A stretch of 63,983 nucleotides of DNA, filler included, from Choristocarpus tenellus KU-1152 (lineage: Eukaryota > Protista > Phaeophyceae): the NCBI GenBank assembly GCA_964200185.2. It is 9 parts of 9 records of this genome, joined end to end, with 100 filler letters (N's around TTAATTAATTAA, not from the genome) between each part and the next. Parts side by side here need not be neighbours in the genome. Positions count along the whole stretch, not along the records: positions 23,849 to 26,917 come from CAXNAD020022540.1; positions 27,018 to 38,117 come from CAXNAD020002507.1; positions 38,218 to 45,482 come from CAXNAD020006438.1; positions 45,583 to 50,895 come from CAXNAD020011186.1; 5 more parts are not named here. One strand, given 5' to 3'. A program made the position numbers and the translations under genes. Below, one piece after another: positions 24,898-47,937 of this stretch; position 1 is the first letter of the stretch; every line of letters begins with the position of its first letter. A model generated the notes under the pieces. That model was not told where the DNA came from. It searched no databases and saw only the letters and a list, made by a program, of their open reading frames with translations.

Positions 24898-26824
24898 TAG
24901 GGAGCCTCAGAGGGGGAATGAGACACGATCAAGGGTCCTTGTGGAGGAATCAACAGCAGCACAAGAAGGAGAAGCTGAAGGAGAGTTGGAAGTGGATGGG
25001 GAAGTGGAGACGGGGGAGGAGAAGGAGGGTGAGGGTGAGGAGGTGAGGCGTCGTTTTTATGTTGGACAGTGGCTGGATGTCAAGGACACGGTGAACCAGT
25101 GGCTTGAGGCTACTGTCATGGGACTATCAGCGTCAGGTGTGGGGGGGAGGAGGAGGGGGGGTTATGTATGGGTGACTTGACCTTTGTGTGAAATTTGAAT
25201 ATTGACAGTAGAGGTTCACTAGGGTAATGCATGGTGATGGTGCTGGTGTTGGTATGTTGTGGCTGTGTTGAGTGCTGGTGTGTGAGAAAGTAGTGTACTT
25301 TTTTGGACCACAGTCCAGTAGGTTTAGGTGGTACTGGTACTGGACTAGTACATCTACCCTAGAACCAGGCTTACAGTGCTCTCTTCCAGATTGGAATGTG
25401 GTGCTTTGGTATGCACCATACCTGTTGTGGGAAACTTTAAGGGGTCTTGTTGGCAATGCGATGCTTGAGGTGTGCAGGAAGTGTATTAGGAGGGACTGCT
25501 CTTAGTAAGGTTCTATGAATACTGTTACTGTTTGTTGTTACGGAAACTCATTGTACCACCGAACAAATCGTACAATTTGGTCTCGTCATGAGTATGAACA
25601 CACTTTACGTTGTTATTGCGCTTGTAGGTCATAGTTTGAGGTATGACATGCTGGTGGCATTGTTGTGGAAGGTGGCAGGCATGAGGTACGACATGCTGGT
25701 TTTCCAGTTTTTTGGGATGTTGAGTTCCTGGTCAGGAAGTGGGGTCTTGATTGCAATGGTGTGCTTACGCGCAATGCTCTAATTGATTGTAGAATGCTGT
25801 TAGGTCTTCAATTGGACTGATAAGTTGCCTGATCATCGTCTCAACAGCTTGCCCTCTCTACAGCGATGGATTTAAGGTGATACGTGCTTGTGATGGTTGC
25901 TCCCAGTGTTGATATTATATTTTTTATATTTTATATTTTTCCTTTTATCTCCTCTAGGTGGGAAAAACAAATTCCAGGGTAGTGACTTCAAATTGCACGT
26001 GAAAGATTATCCCCGTTGATTTGTGTTATTAAATTAAATTTGAGTTGGAGTTGGAGTTGGAGTTGGAGTTGGCCGATGATGGTGTTATGTTGAGTACACT
26101 CTGAGGTGACATTAAACCCTAACCTTAACCTGATCCTCAACAGAATAGTCCGCACACTGGTCCTGGTAAGTTCCATTGTTGGAATGGTACCAGCAAGTTC
26201 AGTTGGTACTATTAATATAAGTACAACTCTACATTTTGTACTGATAAATGTGCGATGATCGACAGTGAATAACCGTGGTAATGTACTAAACTACAGGGCC
26301 TATTGTGTAACCTTGTCCTTAACACTCTATTTGTGTTGTTGGGGTTTGTTTTGGGAAGAATGGATCCCATTGGATGGAAGTCCTGTTCGGGTCACATCCC
26401 ATTTGCGGAAACAGTTACGCAATTTACTACTCCTTTTTGAACGGTCTCTGCTCTGCACCTAATACCTACCTCACTTTTTTTCCTAATTTATTTTTTATTG
26501 TCCCCCAAGAAATCACCCAATTGCATGTGTAACAAAAAAAAAATCTGTATATATATATTTTTTCTTCTTCTTGTGTTGACAGGTGTAGAGCTCAACATCC
26601 ACTACAACGGTTGGCCTTCCCACTGGGACGAGTGGATGAGGTGGGACTCCCCTCGCATTGCACCCTTCAGGACCAGGACACTGCACCTACCCAATGCCAA
26701 TCATGTGTCTCCAGCACCAGTCTCTGTTGTACGAAATGCTCCATCCACTGGGGTGGATGATGTGAGGCTGTTTCTTCCTGAGGTCAGCCGCCTGCTGCGC
26801 AGGATCTCTCCAATGGTGGAGACG
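24898..26824 (+). CDS. Tudor/Agenet/chromo-barrel-like domain protein, partial (exons ~24898-25136 and 26583-26824)
   Basis: A phase-1 GT-AG join gives an acidic stretch, then FYVGQWLDVKDTVNQWLEATVMGLSASGVELNIHYNGWPSHWDEWMRWDSPRIAPFRTRT. This fits the Royal-family pattern 'G..LD..D....W..A.V..HY.GW...WDEW'. Confidence 0.75.
26040..26072. repeat. (TTGGAG)n microsatellite
   Basis: Direct read. Confidence 0.85.
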
Positions 26825-26882
26825 GTGAGATATGGATATACTGGGGGGGGGGGGGGGGGGGGTGGGGTGTAGCAAAGTTGTT

Positions 26883-26917
<35 letters not shown>

Positions 26918-27017
26918 NNNNNNNNNNNNNNNNNNNNNNNNNNNNNNNNNNNNNNNNNNNNTTAATTAATTAANNNNNNNNNNNNNNNNNNNNNNNNNNN
27001 NNNNNNNNNNNNNNNNN

Positions 27018-27057
27018 CCAAATGGACGAGGCCCTACCCTCTAAGATACTTTGATTC
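27018..27057. mobile_element. MITE family A end (contig start)
   Basis: AAATGGAC..CCCTCTAAGATACTTTGATTC. Confidence 0.7.
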
Positions 27058-27438
27058 AACTAGCAGGTCCCGAATCCAGTCGGGACCATCAACTGGTAAC
27101 TTCAGTTGGCCGTGTTCTCCTTAAAAATTCACCGGCCTGACATCCAAAAAGCTCTAGGACTCCAAAAGGTCAGACCAAGTTGGATAAGGGGTTCAAAAAC
27201 CCAATCCCACAAACCTTCAATATGGAGTACTGTCCAGCTCTCCTCTATAATATGATAAAGGAAACTATGGATACCCTACTACGTAACTCGATAAAAAAAA
27301 TTCTTGCACAGACCACAGTACAGAGAAAGCATGACAAAATATGCCGTAGAATATGACCTACAAGATTGAAGTCGTAACATACACTTGGGCTCAATGAATG
27401 AGCATAGACATGCATTTATTGTAACTCATTGGACTTAC

Positions 27439-38070
<10,632 letters not shown>

Positions 38071-38217
38071 CTCAGCACCATCCCACCCACAAACGCAAAC
38101 ACAAGTAGCACTATAGANNNNNNNNNNNNNNNNNNNNNNNNNNNNNNNNNNNNNNNNNNNNTTAATTAATTAANNNNNNNNNNNNNNNNNNNNNNNNNNN
38201 NNNNNNNNNNNNNNNNN

Positions 38218-38292
38218 AAATCACCCAAAAATTGCGACATGAAAAAATTGACCCCAACTGAACAGCCGCCACCCCCCCCAGATACTCTGAGC
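38218..38292. mobile_element. MITE family B end (contig start)
   Basis: AAATCACCCAAAA..CCCAGATACTCTGAGC. Confidence 0.75.
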
Positions 38293-38563
38293 ATGTTGCG
38301 TGTTACTGGGTTCAGCCATCCCACCACTAATCACCTCACTTTCTTTGTCGAATCTTGTTCTGGACTCACCTCGGTATTTACTCAACAATGAAAAGCTGCG
38401 ACAAATCACCAAGGCATCGCCAGTGTTACTCTGTCTCAAAATATTGTTGTTACTACAAGGACTTTGGCTAGGCGACCTCTTTCTCAAAACGCTGAACTGA
38501 CTTGTACTGAGCGTTGCATGGCTAGAATGCTAGGGTCGTATGTGCTCCTAAGTCAGCTGTCCA

Positions 38564-38822
38564 AAGTCAAAATATCTTAGAAGGTACGAGTTTTTCCCTG
38601 TTTGTCCATTTGAGACTTGGCTTCTCATGGGTTTTCGTATGACATTTACCTACTCCTAAATGTTTAGGAGTAGGTAAAATATTTACGTTATGAACAGATG
38701 TGTCCGGAACATGGATATTGACACTTCCTAACAAATTCGATAGCCAAAATTACATTAAAATCGCAAAATTGTATTTTGGCCCCCAAATGGACGCGGCTCC
38801 ACCCTCTAAGATACTTTGGCTC
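38564..38822. mobile_element. MITE family A
   Basis: Family A body with TIRs. No clear TSD. Confidence 0.85.
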
Positions 38823-39288
38823 ATTTCAAACCGCCCGGCAGTTCCTAATCCGCATGAAGCTGGTTGTCCCACCCACAAATTCTGATAACATAAGGAATCA
38901 CACTATGCATTCCCAATGTACCATGTATACACCTCAGGCATCAAGGGCAACTACTGTTTCTAATCGAATGTCATGCTGCACCCCCCAGTCTAATCTCACA
39001 CTAATCAGCCCCTTCCTCGATAAAACAATGCCCTTTCCAACATACACTAATACTTGCCCATCACACTACACCGTTTCACACAAATTTACCGCTCATACGC
39101 TCCTCTCTCGAGTACGGAGTACTAGGGACTCTCTTGTTCCTACTCAAATATCACATTGCAACCTCGACTCTAAATTGGCACCCCCTTTTCCCTTCCCATC
39201 ACAGTATCCACTTTCCACCCTAAACTAGTATACACACACCACACACTACACATTACACACCTGAAAAAATGGACACATGTGTGTATTT

Positions 39289-39463
39289 GGCTCAAAGTAT
39301 CTGGGGGGGGTGGTAGCTGTCCATTTGGGAACAAAGTTTTAATGTCGCAGTTTTGGAATGATTTGGTTGCATACGTTGGATGGATAATGTAAGTGCACTT
39401 TCCGGGTTACTGGCCAAATGGACATCCTGGTGAAAAAAAAAACCTCCCCAGATACGTTGGGTC
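39289..39463. mobile_element. MITE family B
   Basis: GGCTCAAAGTATCTGG..CCAGATACGTTGGGTC, 3-bp TSD TTT. Confidence 0.85.
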
Positions 39464-40289
39464 TTTCTCTTTCAACTATTAGTGCTAAAGGCCTCCCAAT
39501 TCGTACTTCAACACACACTGCAACCTTTACCCTAATTTCACATTACGTAGTGCCTTGGTCAACAAATTATTGCCCTTACCACCCTAAACCAGATTTACTT
39601 TTCACACTACACATCGACGCACACACTAAATTTGTAATTTTGAAATTTTCGATGTATCAGGGAGAAATTAGCAAAAATGGAGAATACCATAGCACGCATA
39701 CTAATCCAAGGTCAGAAGAAGCAACAACAGTTGGGTATACTATTCAACAAACACAATAATAACAGAGTGGATGAGCTATACCAATCGAGAGGTAGGCAGG
39801 TTTGTACCCTTTTGCATCCTAAGCTTTCTTCCTTGCCCTTTGCAATACACTCTATCTCATTGCTTTATTTGCACATTACTGCACGCAAATTGACTTCCTC
39901 CCCTTTACACTTTACACACACGAAGTGACACCACAATTCAGCAAATGACCTTTTTGCAATTGTACAAAATCATTATTTTTTATTTTATCGGGATCGATAA
40001 AACACAATTTTGTCTACCTCTCAGTTGATTTGACCCAGATATTGCTTAGAACAAACGCCTTCGAACCGTAGTTTAAACATAGCTGAAAGCAAGAAACCAA
40101 CTCCATTCAAGCTAGAAATCTGTGTACTACTAAATGCATTTTGTCCAAAAATAATCAAGATGCATGTGACGACACACACATGTGACGATACACACATGTG
40201 AAACTACTCTTACACTGACTCTATGAAGGCAACCTAAAAAAAAGGGAAGATTACCATCAGTTTGTCAAGCCCTGCGTATCTCCAGTTTG

Positions 40290-41100
40290 AATAGCAAGAC
40301 GCATATTGAAATCGCTACCTCTGTGACGAACACAATATGTCGCAGGCATGCCTTCATTGTTCCTTAACTGTGAAGACCCTCAGCCCCCCTACCACCCAAT
40401 ACAAGGGTCGCCAGCTCATCCAGGAATCGCTCTTGGTTGTGTGCCAAAACACCAGAAGCTCTCAAACACCAAGGTGTTAAGGTTAAAGCTATGGGGGTCA
40501 AGAAGACCCTCGTATTGGTTGTGCTTCTAGGCCTCAGCTGCAGCGGTAGCAGCATCTTTATCCGTAGACAATCTTTTCTATAACTGTCCACCTGGACCTT
40601 GACGAAGGTCACATCCAGGAGGAGATCCGAGTCAAAGTATCTCAGAGGGTAGGGCCGCATCGATTTGGGGCCCAAAATCCAATGTTGCGATTTCCATGTA
40701 ATTTTATCTGTCGTATTTGTTAGGAAGTGTGAGTATCCTTGCTCCGGACACACCATTTCATAGCATACACATATTACCTACTCCGAAACATTTTGGAGTA
40801 GGCAAAATATCATAAAAGCCCCGTGGGAAGTCAAGCCCCAAATGGACAAACAGGGCAATACTCGTACCCTCTAAGATACTTTCACTCATCCTCTCCCCAG
40901 CAGTAAGGAGTAGTAGCTGTGTTGGACGATGCCTTAGCATAGAGTACCACACCCACGTGGAAACTCTAGTCAACAGTGAATGGACTCTTGTCCTCCAGGG
41001 CCCAAGTGATGCCTATCTGCCTGCTGACTTTGCCCGGTTGACTGAACACAGGTGCTGCACCTATACACCAGTCCTAGGGCATGTGCATGAGAATCTTATT
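40290..41100 (-). mobile_element. CRE/NeSL-like non-LTR retrotransposon remnant (RLE endonuclease end), split by a MITE
   Basis: Frameshifted translation: CPRTG..ALEDKSPF..DLLLDVTF..DKDAATAAAEA*KHNQY..TLVFESFW.FG..FLDELA..VFVTEVAIS. This fits the PD-(D/E)xK-type C-terminal pattern of RLE LINEs. Confidence 0.65.
40629..40887. mobile_element. MITE family A
   Basis: Full TIRs and a 4-bp TSD (ATCC). Inserted in the LINE remnant. Confidence 0.9.
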
Positions 41101-42200
41101 ATAGTATCCACACCCTGTCTTCAGTATCCAGTCATCGAGTAGCTGTTGGACAATGCCTCTTCTTTTTCATATACCATCAATCCAAGTATCCTAGAGTCGA
41201 TCATATAACGGGCCTCTGCAACTATAGGAATCTAATGTCTTGGTGGGGTTTTGTGTTCGGTTAAGCATTTATAGCCTCCTGACAGGGGTAGCCTGCATTC
41301 GGGGCATGTTAATGTTGTGTCAGACACAAAAAAAATTATAAGCCCACTTTGAATCATAATGGCCAAAGTCCAACACCCTCCTCTAAGATACATTATTTAC
41401 TCAGTAATCACTATTTCTTATCTTTCATCTGGTGACTATTCCAGCCCATGGTCTGAGGAACTACAATACATGCTACATTACTTCTCACACTAACTACTAT
41501 AACTAGCTCTGACACTTCATAACTATTGTACAACCTACCTCCCGTTTGTTCCTTGCTTGTTGTACGTCGGGTTCAGCCATCACATCAAACCGTTTATTTT
41601 TCCACCTCCTTCGAATCTCGTGTTGGACTCAGCTCGGTGAAGTTCAGGAATGAAGCTTTGGCACTTCGTTCTTCGTCTGAAGTTTTGTGATATAGCGAAG
41701 GATGGGATTTTGGAGAGTAAGAGTAGGAGTACAAATTGAAGTGTTTACTTCCTCGAATCGGTATAATCGAAAATGGTTTATTTATGAGGGAAGTTTAGTG
41801 ATCTCGATGAGGTTCAAACCTAGGATTTCGTCAATTTGAAAATATTATACACTATTTTATCAATTTACTACCACTATTGAGATTGTATACATAAACTAAG
41901 ATTGGAGATTGGATATTCAAAATATGAAACATCATAATAGAACAATGAAGTAGTAACCCCAACTTGTTTTATTAAAAAAATGGCGGGATCTTCTACAAAT
42001 AGCCGCATATAGCCGTTTGGAGCGTGAGACAAGCCCGTTGCTTGTTTTTGGAGATAGGGGGTGGGATGTATGCATATCAAGGACATGATGGACTCCCTCG
42101 AAGACTAACCTCCTTTAAGGAAAGTCATCCCGAGCTACGATAGGAAGGGGATTATCAAGCGTATAGAATCAATCGACAATCTGGTGAAAGCCTGGAAGTT

Positions 42201-43611
42201 ATGGATGGGGAGACGGTCAGCGATGGAGGGCCCCCAGCCAACGTGGATGTGGAGTGGGAGTTGAGCAAAGAGAACGTCCTGCCCCTCAAACGGGGTAGAA
42301 GTACTGCGAGCATCAAGAGAGCGTTCGGGGTATCGTCTGTAGGCTCTGGGGTCACTTACACGGAGCGTCTTGCGTCCATGAAAGGGTATGTCCATTAGTA
42401 ACAAGTCGAGGTCACGGGAGCAACCTCTGAGTAAAATATGGGATAAGGGGTCATCTTCGTTACTTGAGTGACATTTAAGGGGTATGGGTCTGATTCAGTC
42501 ATCATCTCGATGCATTAATTGTCTAGAATCTTGTGAACGAAAAGATAAATTTATTCTTTGGTCAACATTGTGCCTCTCAATTGAACTCTGTAAATGTTTG
42601 CCTCTCCAGATGAGCACGATGCACTTTTTGCTATCGTAATTGAATATTCGAAGTATGTGTTGCATCCTTTTGTGGGGATTGACCTGCGTGTCTTACATAA
42701 AATGATACCAGAGGACGATTTCGTGTCATCTTTGTATCTTGTCAAATGAGGTATAGGAATCATACCATCGTCCCAAAGGAACAGTCAGTAGTCTCTAGTT
42801 TCACACATTGCCCATTCAAGGATATGCATATACCGTCTCTCCTTTGCCCAGTCGTTATGAGGCTCTTATCTCCGATTACGAGGGAGAGGACCCACTCGCT
42901 TCCTGGCTGGATTACATCAAAGACGTGCAGGAGAGCTTCCCATCTGACCAACTGGCAAGTCCCGGAACTGGGTCTGCTCAGCATGCGTTAATTCTTGCCA
43001 ATAGCGCGAACTGACGTTATGATGTGGTGTGTCTAGTAGATTATTGCATTATCTCCTTAGTTCACACTCTGTTGGCTTTAAAAACTGTTACAAATTGTTT
43101 CGAAACACTCTGATGTCTAGGGCACCCTTATGTCAGTGCTCAAAGCACGCCACAGCGCCCAATGCCATAGATTTGAATTAATCCAGCTACCCCGATTTCC
43201 AAAAGAGGAAACTCGGAAGGAAGGTATGCATAGAGAGAGGTGTTCAAGCCCTACCACCACCATGGGACTTTGATATGGAAGTTTCATTACATGAAAAAGA
43301 TAAACACCTTCATTTTCAAGATGCCAGCATTTCATATATATACTTTTTCTATAGTTTCACAGGATGACATTCCTAATCTCTGCACATTCAAGTGTCTGCC
43401 TTATTTCTTCTTTTCGTTGGCTTCATCTGCCAACACCATTTCTCAAATATCGGTCCTGATACGCAAAGTGTTTCTATCCCCCTTCCTCCTTCCCCTCTCA
43501 CCAACCGTATTGCAGGAGCAGTTTCAGCTTCTGGAACGATGCTCTCGGCAGTTCAAGGATGACAGTCGATACAAGAATGATCCTCGCTACCTCAAAGTTT
43601 GGATGGCCTAT
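42201..43611 (+). CDS. BUB1: Spindle checkpoint protein BUB1/BUBR1/MAD3, N-terminal exons (42201-42385, 42852-42954, 43516-43611)
   Basis: Contains the KEN box EWELSKENVLPLKRGR and the TPR-region motifs YEGEDPLASWLDYI and LLERCSRQFKDDSRYKNDPRYLKVWMAY. Truncated, so BUB1 versus MAD3 type cannot be resolved. Confidence 0.9.
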
Positions 43612-44904
43612 GTGAGTCACTCTGGTCAACATATCTGAACTCCTACCCCCCTTCCACCCTGCTTTGAAGGTCTAACTGTTGTATTGTCCCTCTACTTGAC
43701 CTTGAATTCAATAACATGTTGTAGATACCTACCTTTCCTCCCCCCTCCCCCTCCCCCTCCAAGGCCCCCTCTCTTTGCAACGTTTGCATCCTTATTATGC
43801 AAGCAAGATTGTGTAGGATTCATCTCAGGTAGGGACAGGTTTTGTGTACATATTGCTTTGGTGTCTTTGTGATAACACCTCTTTCCATCTTGCTACTGCC
43901 CTAGCACCCTGCAGTGTTTACACTCTTTCAAGTGTGATCATCATCCATCTGTACATATGCCGCCCTTTGCATGACATAATTCAAAGCATTCCTCCTCCCC
44001 TCTCCTTCACCCCTGTTCAAACCTACACCCACGCCAGCTATTTTTTCTTGCTTGCAATAAGAAGGCCTGCTTCTATGGTTTGTCATCAAGATTTTTTTCA
44101 TTAGATTGACCAGGTGTTACCATTTGGTGTCGGATTTTGTACACGTCCTATCTAGCGACAAAGGAAACGTTTTTGGTACAAAACCACGTAAAAAAATTGG
44201 ACATATGTCAATTAGGTGTAGTCGATGTGATCAAATGGTCTCCTGTAGTAAACTTTGGGGGTATTCTTGAAGCAACTGGCGAACCTCCTGTGCCTACTGC
44301 AGCCGCTGCACCCCTTGTTGAGGAACAAAGGCAACGATTACAATAATTGAGACTTTATAAATAGGAAAGGGCTGGAACCACATCCACAATCCACTCCCTA
44401 ACTGTAGCCCCGTTCACTGTGGTTTAGAGATAACGTTGGTCTCACACTCTCCACTAGGCCTCACTTTGTTGTGTTGTAATGCCTTCTCTTGCGTGTGGCA
44501 CTTGTATGCTCTTATGTAGTTGATCGAGTGAGTGTTCGTGGGCATGATGATGGATGGAATTGAGAGATTGAGCTGGAAGGTGTTTCATTCCTTGTTTTAT
44601 GTAGTGACTGACAGGCAGAGACTCAGAGAGGGCCCTGAGCACTGTTGTTGTTGAGGTTCGTGCGTGACAGGGCGGAGAAGTCGTTGGTATACGCCGGTGT
44701 ATTTTATTTCTGTTACTATTTTCTCGTGATGTTTTAAAAATAAAGCTGATGATGTCACCTTTTCTACCTCCACCTCCTGTTCAGCCTTGTCAATTGCAAA
44801 GGAGTGAGGCTTGATCCGCCTTTGTCACCACTCTTTGTCTTCTAGAAGAGTTTTCGTGCATGCACTCAAATGCTTCCAGTTGCCATGCAGTGAAAGGCAA
44901 CCTC

Positions 44905-45062
44905 GTCAGACTTCTTCCAGACCTCTTCCTTTAGATATCTTCTTTCAGATCTCTTCTTTCAGACCTGTTCTTTCAGATCTCTTCTTTCAGATCTCTTCTT
45001 TCGAACCTCTCCTTTCAGACCTCTTCCTTCAGACCTCTTCCTTCAGATCTCTTCCTTCAGGC
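44905..45062. repeat. Degenerate 14-bp tandem repeat (TTCAGATCTCTTCT)n
   Basis: About 11 imperfect units read directly. Confidence 0.8.
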
Positions 45063-47865
45063 CTCCCCTTCCTACTGGAATGCCTCAAGAGAGTGAAACT
45101 GATTTTGGTCATTTGTTGCTGGCACGAAGCTGTTGACAGGACGCAGTACGCTTGTATGTCTCGGAGTAAGATAGTCAAGTAGTAGTTCGATTTATTTTCT
45201 TAGCCTCTTTTTGTTTTGTTTTTGTGTTGTGAATGCACGTGTGAACACAGTTTTTCTTGTTGCTTACTATCTGTTTGTTATGTTAGGGTTAGGGTTATGC
45301 TGTGGTTGTCCGTTATGTACTGCTCTGGGAGTGGCGAGTTTAGTGTTGTTCTGTGACGCACATTTGAGTTGAAATGTTTTTTTTTTTTTTTTTCAAAAGA
45401 TGGGCTGTGTACAAAGTATCCGGGGGGGGGGGGGGGGGTGGGGGGGGCGGGGGTCCAATTGGGGCCCCTTTTTTCACCTCACNNNNNNNNNNNNNNNNNN
45501 NNNNNNNNNNNNNNNNNNNNNNNNNNTTAATTAATTAANNNNNNNNNNNNNNNNNNNNNNNNNNNNNNNNNNNNNNNNNNNNCCTTCATTAAAGCACCAT
45601 AAAAGCCGCGGGTCCAGTGTGGGATAGTTCAACATTCGCCTGTTGCGTGCGGACAGGGTGAGTCATGCTAATATTCTTATAAACAGTCATTTCTACTGAA
45701 CCCACTTTCTTCTGGTATACCAAAATGTGCATTGGTTTGCAACACCTCATTTGAAAACGTTGAAAGAAATGAAAAAAACAAGTATTCAAAGTCGAATTAT
45801 TTGTGTCTGTACATTGCTTTACATTAATTACTATACCACACTCAAGAATGTTCACTGAATTTCAAAAAACAATATTCAAAATAGAATATTGTCTTGTGTA
45901 TGTTTCTTTCCCTTCAGAAAACTATGTTGTTTAACTTCGGTTCTTGTCAAGGGCCTCGAACAACACCTGTCCACCTCAACACTACCGTCTTTCGCAAACA
46001 CCTTCACGGTTATCCCCATCACCCTTCCCCAATAACACCAAGTATTACCGCGGTGCTGTAGGACGCACAACCAGGTCTCTGTGTCGTTCCCCTCCAGGCT
46101 ATCCTTATCCCTGACTTCACAGGCATTCATCACAACATCCTGGAAGACTGTTCACCATCCTGCCTGGACAATACCAGAGGTTCACTTCGGAATCCAACCG
46201 GCAGTCCCTCGGTGGGATACCTGTTCGCTTCTCAAGGCAACTCAGGCAGAAAGACACATCCAATGCCAATTTCGGCTGAGGCACCAACTTCATCCTATGC
46301 GCGAGTGGGGGTGCTATCGTACAGGGGGAGGTCCACGACGTTGACATAGACGATTCAGGGGCATACATCTACTCTGTGTCTTATACCTACGAGAGGATGA
46401 CGAGAACTCCTTGCCCCCTGGGCTGAGGTCGTACATGACAGAGGACGAGATTGAGGAGGGGGTCAAACAACTACGGGAGAAGGAGAACAGGGACCATGAT
46501 GAAGCTGCAGCCGAGCGTGTCATCCAACGCCACCTGCAGATGGTTCGTCAGGAGAAGTGTAGACACAAGGAGAAGGATACTAGGGGATACATCCACCTAG
46601 AACCGTCACTGAGGGTTGTACCGGATTTGGATGAGGTTGGAACACTTTAAGCGATAGCCAACGGCTGGGGACTGTACTTTCGATGAGACCATAAAAATAT
46701 GCAAGGGACCGGGACCAGATACCATCCCCGCCACACATTGAGAGTTGGAGAGGAGCAAGTCAGCTACCCCTATGAGATGAAATGGGAGAATGATGAAGTG
46801 AACAATATCCAGCTTGTTGTAGAACAGTACAGTACAGAACAAGACGCTCCTACACGGATCTGATTCTGGACGAGTCCCACATTGCCGTAATCCAGAAGAG
46901 AGACACAGCGTCGGACGGGCTACAGTCTAGATTCGTAACCATGTGTCACCCTCTCCTTTATCCTTCATTATTCCGGTACATATTTCCATGGAGATCTTGT
47001 CTTAGAGAGGTCGGACTTTATTCATGCGGGAGTGCACCTTTTGATTTGGTATAGTCGATTTTAAACATTTATCCTGTCGTTTCACGTAGACATGTGGTAC
47101 TACACCGTTTATTGGTCTGATTACTATCGATTATTTTAATTTATGTACTCTACGATCATTTTCTTACACTTACTGGTATCCGTCTTTGTATGGCTAGAGA
47201 TGATAGAACTTAGACACCGGATTTAAGATTTGTATGTGTGTATGTGTTATAGGAGTAGCTGTTCTTACATCGAAATTGAATAGACACTACAATGCAATGA
47301 GTTGGTCATGTCCTGTTCTCGGGTGGTCCATTGCATGCAGTACTCCTTCCATCCTATAAGGACACACTAGACAACAATCGTGTATGCATCTCTCCCACAT
47401 AATATACTCCAATCTGTGTATGTGACATGGTGCTAACCCTAAGCAACATAATCTATCCCTCAATAACAACGGCAATCAATCTAACTGCAAAGAATTCATC
47501 CACGATCATGTTCCAGTGGATACAACACAAAAGTATTTTCCTTCACGCCCTTGGATTGCTGAGGCACCAAGGTCATTGACAGACAGATAGCTAAATCAAC
47601 ACAGATGGAATACCCTCCCGTACTCAATAGCACAGTCCAACACCCAAGGCAAAAAATCTACAACAGGTAACCCCTACTACACACCTCGTCGAAAAAGCAA
47701 CAACCCTCCACTACGAAATTCTACATAAGGACGACTCTTGCAACATCATCACACGGTCCACACAAATCCAAGCATCAAGGACATATCCAAAGTGCAGCAT
47801 ATACCACATTTCATCGAAACAGGACCAACCCTCCACGACTAAAGACACTCAAATAGACCATTTTT

Positions 47866-47937
47866 TTCAACACCTGGTCAGGGCCCAAATGGACACCCTG
47901 GTGCAGACTCCCCCTTCCCCTATAGATACTTTGACCC
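47866..47937. mobile_element. MITE family B-like end
   Basis: AAATGGACACCCTGGTG..AGATACTTTGACCC. Confidence 0.6.
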
